Shown: in pieces, positions 27,802-32,000 of the stretch | Layout of the letters: the number at the start of each line of letters is the position of its first letter | Position numbering within the stretch: the first letter of the stretch is position 1 | From: Opitutales bacterium | GTDB taxonomy: Bacteria > Verrucomicrobiota > Verrucomicrobiia > Opitutales > PNEW01 | Assembly: GCA_965219535.1 (NCBI GenBank) | Contig: CBDCNV010000002.1 | Location: 1,740,001 to 1,772,000 of the forward strand | Direction of reading: 5' to 3' | Length of the DNA stretch: 32,000 nt | Program-made: the position numbers and the translations under genes | Notes under the pieces: model-generated | Seen by the model: only the letters and a program-made list of their open reading frames with translations | The model's database searches: none | Told to the model about the DNA's origin: nothing

Positions 27802-28776
27802 TTAATCCATGAAATCGTAAATGAATTTAAAATATTGCGCGTAGTAGCCGACTACCTTGATCGCAATAAATATCGCCAGGAGGAGAAAAAGCAATTTGGG
27901 GTACCAAAAGCTGACGACGGCGAGTCGGCGATTGGCCTTTTCTTGAAATTGATACGTCAGGGTAGCAAGGACCGTGTCCAGTTGGCCGGTTTTCTCTCCA
28001 TTTTTATAGAGAGATATAAATTCAAAAGGAAATATCCTGCTTGTTTCGAGGATAGATCCGGGCGGCTTACCGTTTTTAATTTCCTGAGAAACGTTCAAGG
28101 AAAATTTAGTGAGCGCAGGATCCCCAGAGACAAGCCCCGAGCCATACCAGGCATCGTCCATCGGTGCACCCGCGTTAATAAAGGCTTCGAGGGCAAAAGA
28201 AAAATCGGCGATGGCTTGAGCTTTACGGTAACTGCGCAAACCCGGAACAATTCCCATGATCCACCTAATGATAGGATTTCTTTTTTTAACAAGAACTATA
28301 AACCCGCTTAAGAGAAACCAAAAGGGTAGGATAACGGGAATGAGAGCTGAAAAGTAACGATCCAGGTTCATACTGGTTCCCGTTTCCACATCGAATTCCA
28401 TTAGGTTGAGAACGGGGAATAAAAATATTCCCAAATGCAATACTGCAAGCGGATAAATCGAGGCCAATATAGCTTTTGATATATTTTCTGCAGTCTGCAG
28501 ATGTTTCTCGTTAAGTTTATGCATTGTTTCAGGCAGACGGCCGCTCGATCCTGCTGCAGACAGTAAATAACGATCGGTTTGCGGTAGCCATGGCGGGACA
28601 TTCTTGAGCATATCATCGATCGCGAATCCCGCGGTAATATTATCGGCCATTGTCATCGTATCTCTTCGCGGAGGTCCTCCAGCCATGCGTAAAGCTTCGG
28701 ACAGATTTATACCGGCTTCTAAACTATGCGCCATTTGTAGATACCAGGAAGCCAACTTTTTATGAGATACGGCCAT
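27802..28776 (-). CDS. type II secretion system F (GspF/PilC)-family inner-membrane platform protein, short form
   Basis: Two T2SS-F-type repeats are present: LQMAHSLEAGINLSEALRMA...SSGRLPETMHKL and FSFALEAFINAGAPMDDAW...IKNGKPPGSILETSRIFPFEFISLYKNGEKTGQLDTVLATL. Hydrophobic segments follow each repeat. Confidence 0.8.
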   Translation of the reverse strand: MAVSHKKLASWYLQMAHSLEAGINLSEALRMAGGPPRRDTMTMADNITAGFAIDDMLKNVPPWLPQTDRYLLSAAGSSGRLPETMHKLNEKHLQTAENISKAILASIYPLAVLHLGIFLFPVLNLMEFDVETGTSMNLDRYFSALIPVILPFWFLLSGFIVLVKKRNPIIRWIMGIVPGLRSYRKAQAIADFSFALEAFINAGAPMDDAWYGSGLVSGDPALTKFSLNVSQEIKNGKPPGSILETSRIFPFEFISLYKNGEKTGQLDTVLATLTYQFQEKANRRLAVVSFWYPKLLFLLLAIFIAIKVVGYYAQYFKFIYDFMD

Positions 28777-29109
28777 ATCAGTGGGTAAATTTTTAAATTG
28801 ATTTCAGCGGCAGCTGCCGTATGTGGGGGATAATTAAGGTCTTGACCGTTATCTTCATATGATGCGATCCCACTCTTCGACTTATCGAATTAACTTTTAA
28901 GGATGGTACTTATTGTCGGCAGCCTATCGTGGTCTTAGAGGAGAGGCAAGGTTCTTTAAGTCAATAAAGACGATATTTCCAGTATTGGATGCTCTATGTA
29001 AGAGGTTAATTTCTCCTTCAGGGTAATTATGAAATGTTTTTTAATTTTTATGGTTAAGAAGCTCGACAGAAGCAGTCCCTTTACCTAGTGGTAAGCGTTA
29101 TCCACTTGA

Positions 29110-29790
29110 ATGAAGGTAGCTGTAGTTCAGTTTCCCGGATCGAATTGTGATTGGGATGCATATTATGCATGTTCCCGAAGTCTAGGCCTGAACACAGAAA
29201 TGGTGTGGCACAAGTCGACCAACTTTGGCGATGCAAAAGCAGTAATAATCCCGGGCGGGTTTTCTTTTGGCGATTATCTTCGGTGCGGCGCAATCGCGCG
29301 GTTCTCCCCGATAGTCAATGCACTAATCCCTTATGCTGAAAATGGTGGAATTGTCATTGGTATTTGTAATGGCTTTCAGATTCTGTGTGAGGCTGGTTTG
29401 TTGCCGGGAGCGCTCATTCGTAATAACTGCCTGGAGTTTCGATGCATGTCTGTGGACCTGGCAGTTGAAAATTCAACAAGTGAATTTAATCGCGATATAC
29501 TGGGAGCGCGTCTGCGTCTACCCATTGCACATGGAGAAGGTAATTATCGTATCGATGCTGAAGGCAAGGCGGAAATCGAAGCGAATAATCAGGTCCTTTT
29601 TCGTTATAGTGAACCCTCGGGTAACCCTAACGGTGCGATGGGTGATATTGCGGGTATTCGCAATCGAGCGGGCAATGTATTTGGCATGATGCCTCATCCG
29701 GAGAGAGCAGTGGAAAAATTTCATCCTTCAAGTGATGGGATAAAAGTCTTGAAATCTGTTCTCGCCTCAAATCTTATTCACGCTCAATGA
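29110..29790 (+). CDS. purQ: phosphoribosylformylglycinamidine synthase, glutaminase subunit
   Basis: It has the N-terminus MKVAVVQFPGSNCDWD, the nucleophile context GICNGFQIL and the triad end MMPHPER. Confidence 0.93.
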   Translation: MKVAVVQFPGSNCDWDAYYACSRSLGLNTEMVWHKSTNFGDAKAVIIPGGFSFGDYLRCGAIARFSPIVNALIPYAENGGIVIGICNGFQILCEAGLLPGALIRNNCLEFRCMSVDLAVENSTSEFNRDILGARLRLPIAHGEGNYRIDAEGKAEIEANNQVLFRYSEPSGNPNGAMGDIAGIRNRAGNVFGMMPHPERAVEKFHPSSDGIKVLKSVLASNLIHAQ

Positions 29791-29885
29791 GAAATCTTAT
29801 ATTTCTACCAATACCCAAAATGAATTTTATGCTAAAATGGATGCTGAAATTTACTGTGTTTACGCCATTTGATCAATAATGTGCT

Positions 29886-32000
29886 ATGCCAGTTTCCACC
29901 ATGGTGCTTACTAACCCCGATCCAGCACTGAATCTTCTCGTTACTCCTGATGATGTTGAAGAATTAGGGCTGCTGCCCGAGGAGTATGAGAAGATCCAGA
30001 AAATCCTCGGGCGCGATCCCAATATTACCGAGCTGGGTGTTTTCAGTGTTATGTGGTCGGAGCATTGTTCCTATAAAAATTCCAAACGTCTCCTCAGTTC
30101 TTTCCCTACTGAAAAGTCAGATCATGATGCCCCTCACCAGGTCCTGGTAAAAGCAGGTGAGGAAAATGCCGGGGTTATCGATATCGGTGACGGGTGGGCT
30201 ATTTGTTTTAAAATTGAATCACATAACCACCCGAGCGCCGTTGAACCGTTTGAAGGTGCAGCCACGGGGGTAGGGGGGATTATCAGAGATATATTCACGA
30301 TGGGTGCGCGGCCCGTCCTGCTCACCAATTCCCTGCGCTTTGGTGAAATAGATTCCCCTCCCGTCAAGAGCCTTATACGGGGTGTTGTGCAGGGTATAGC
30401 TCATTATGGAAATTGTATAGGAATTCCCAATGTGGGCGGAGATGTCTATTTTGACTCCTGTTATGAGGGTAACCCGCTGGTCAATGCGCTCTGCCTGGGA
30501 ATAGTGCGGCACGATCAAATTAAACGCGGGGCGGCAGTGGGCATAGGTAACCCAGTTTACTATGTCGGTCCTGCAACAGGCCGCGATGGGCTTGGAGGCG
30601 CCAGCTTCGCCTCAAAGGAACTCTCAGAAGAGAGCGCGGCGGATCGCCCTTCAGTTCAGAAAGGTGATCCCTTCATGGAAAAACTGCTATTGGAAGCCTG
30701 TCTGGAAATGATGGCCGTTCCCGGGCTGGTCGTTGGCATTCAGGATATGGGTGCAGCCGGATTAACCTGCTCCAGTTGTGAAACCGCAAGCCGCGGAAAC
30801 TCTGGATTGGAAATTGACCTCGACCGTGTTCCGCAGCGAGAGACCGGGATGAACTCCTATGAAATCTTACTTTCAGAAAGCCAGGAGCGGATGCTGGTTA
30901 TCGCGCAGGAGGGACGAGAAGCCGAATTAGAAACCATTTTTAAAAAGTGGGATTTACCGGCAGTGGTTATTGGTAAAGTGACCGAAGGAGAGGATCTGGA
31001 ATTAATACAGAACAATGGTCCAATTGCGAGAATACCTGCCAAGGCACTTGCTGACGATGCCCCGGTTTATAACCGTGAATTTAAAGAACCGGGCTATCTC
31101 CATGAAACACAAAACTGGGATGAGACAAAATTGCCTGACCTCGATGACGCTGGCGCTCAAAAGACGTTACCTCTTTTGCTGTCTGTGCCGACCATCGCCC
31201 ACAAAGACTGGATATGGAGACAGTATGATCACATGGTTATGACAAGCACGGTTGTAGGCCCGGGAAGTGATGCGGCGATCGTCAGGTTGCGACTGGGCGA
31301 GGACCTGGAAAAAATTATAGCCATAGCTAACGATTGCAACAACCGATACTGTTACCTGAATCCTTATCGAGGAGGACAGATTGCGATCGCTGAATCCATT
31401 CGCAATCTTACCTGTAGTGGAGCCCGACCACTTGCAATGACCAATTGCCTTAATTTTGGTAACCCTTACAAGCCGGAAGTATTTTACATGTTAAAAGAAT
31501 GTGTGCGGGGTCTGGTCGATGCCTGTACATTCTTTGACCTGCCGGTTGTGGGAGGCAATGTAAGTCTATACAATGAAAACCAGGATGGTGCTATCGACCC
31601 AACACCGGTTGTTTCCGTTGCTGGAATTGTCGATAACAAGGAGATGATTACGACACAAAATATAAAAAATGGAGACGAAACGATCATTCTACTCGGAGGG
31701 CTCTGTGACGAGATTGGCGGCAGTTATTATTTAAAAGAAATTCACGATTTAAAGACCGGTGAGGCACCCATGCCTGATCTTGCGGCAGAAGCGCGGATTA
31801 ACTCCCTTCTCTTATCGCTTATCAAAGACAGGCAGGTCGTTGCCGCGCATGATATTTCCGAAGGTGGACTCCTCGTTGCTCTCGCTGAAATGCTTTTTGC
31901 TCAAGAGCAAACCTTTGGAGCAAAATTGGATATGGCGTGGAAAACAGAGACGTTTCGTTTTGATGCACAACTTTTCGGTGAAAGTCAGGGAAGAGTCCTT
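29886..32000 (+). CDS. purL: phosphoribosylformylglycinamidine synthase subunit PurL (3' end off-window)
   Basis: This ORF is missing from the ORF track because no stop occurs before the window end. My own translation from the ATG at 29886 gives MPVSTMVLTNPDPALNLLVTPDDVEELGLLPEEYEKIQKILGRDPNITELGVFSVMWSEHCSYKNSK and, later, IDIGDGWAICFKIESHNHPSAVEPFEGAATGVGGIIRDIFTMGARP, both classic PurL strings. The frame ends exactly on a codon boundary at 32000. Confidence 0.92.
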   Translation, partial: MPVSTMVLTNPDPALNLLVTPDDVEELGLLPEEYEKIQKILGRDPNITELGVFSVMWSEHCSYKNSKRLLSSFPTEKSDHDAPHQVLVKAGEENAGVIDIGDGWAICFKIESHNHPSAVEPFEGAATGVGGIIRDIFTMGARPVLLTNSLRFGEIDSPPVKSLIRGVVQGIAHYGNCIGIPNVGGDVYFDSCYEGNPLVNALCLGIVRHDQIKRGAAVGIGNPVYYVGPATGRDGLGGASFASKELSEESAADRPSVQKGDPFMEKLLLEACLEMMAVPGLVVGIQDMGAAGLTCSSCETASRGNSGLEIDLDRVPQRETGMNSYEILLSESQERMLVIAQEGREAELETIFKKWDLPAVVIGKVTEGEDLELIQNNGPIARIPAKALADDAPVYNREFKEPGYLHETQNWDETKLPDLDDAGAQKTLPLLLSVPTIAHKDWIWRQYDHMVMTSTVVGPGSDAAIVRLRLGEDLEKIIAIANDCNNRYCYLNPYRGGQIAIAESIRNLTCSGARPLAMTNCLNFGNPYKPEVFYMLKECVRGLVDACTFFDLPVVGGNVSLYNENQDGAIDPTPVVSVAGIVDNKEMITTQNIKNGDETIILLGGLCDEIGGSYYLKEIHDLKTGEAPMPDLAAEARINSLLLSLIKDRQVVAAHDISEGGLLVALAEMLFAQEQTFGAKLDMAWKTETFRFDAQLFGESQGRVL

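Noticed and set aside
27781-28311. 176-aa plus-strand ORF
   Set aside because: It overlaps the T2SS-F-like gene on the opposite strand, which has clear duplicated family motifs. The plus-strand translation is low-complexity and basic, with no motifs.
1-32000. CRISPR arrays, IS elements, rRNA, prophage or known defence-system genes
   Set aside because: I saw no regularly spaced direct repeats of CRISPR size, no transposase- or integrase-like ORFs, and no nuclease/ATPase pairs typical of defence islands. The UvrD-family helicase sits among housekeeping genes and looks like a core repair or replication helicase.

Overview
This 32 kb bacterial chromosomal window is gene-dense, and almost every large ORF has a recognisable family. 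A tentative guess at origin is a PVC-type organism (Verrucomicrobiota/Lentisphaerota-like), based on a leaderless sulfatase, PhyH paralogs and weak Shine-Dalgarno signals; I cannot verify this. From left to right the window contains: (1) a decayed TPR/outer-membrane-barrel gene abutting a CHASE2 class III nucleotide cyclase; (2) an accessory-looking block of enzymes that all lack signal peptides, at 3973-12942: HpcH aldolase, cytochrome P450, two tandem PhyH Fe/2OG dioxygenases, a peptidyl-alpha-hydroxyglycine lyase (PAL)-like NHL propeller, an aldo-keto reductase, a sulfatase and an M28 peptidase; (3) a tRNA-Gln(UUG) on the minus strand; (4) housekeeping genes (pyrH, frr, proB, a UvrD-family helicase, nadA, priA, purQ, purL) interspersed with an ABC importer pair plus a RibL-like nucleotidyltransferase, a 2-hydroxyacid dehydrogenase, an M23 peptidase, a Fur-like/TPR pair, VOC and DoxX proteins, and an orphan T2SS-F-type platform protein. 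I saw no CRISPR array, transposase, integrase or rRNA. The best candidate for an undescribed system is the oxygenase/PAL-like lyase operon. Secondary oddities are a two-lesion pseudogene with a T7 tract, two structured repeat elements in convergent intergenic regions, an atypical Fur-like regulator upstream of nadA, and the orphan platform protein. All functional calls come from motifs read by eye in the supplied translations. No database search was run.
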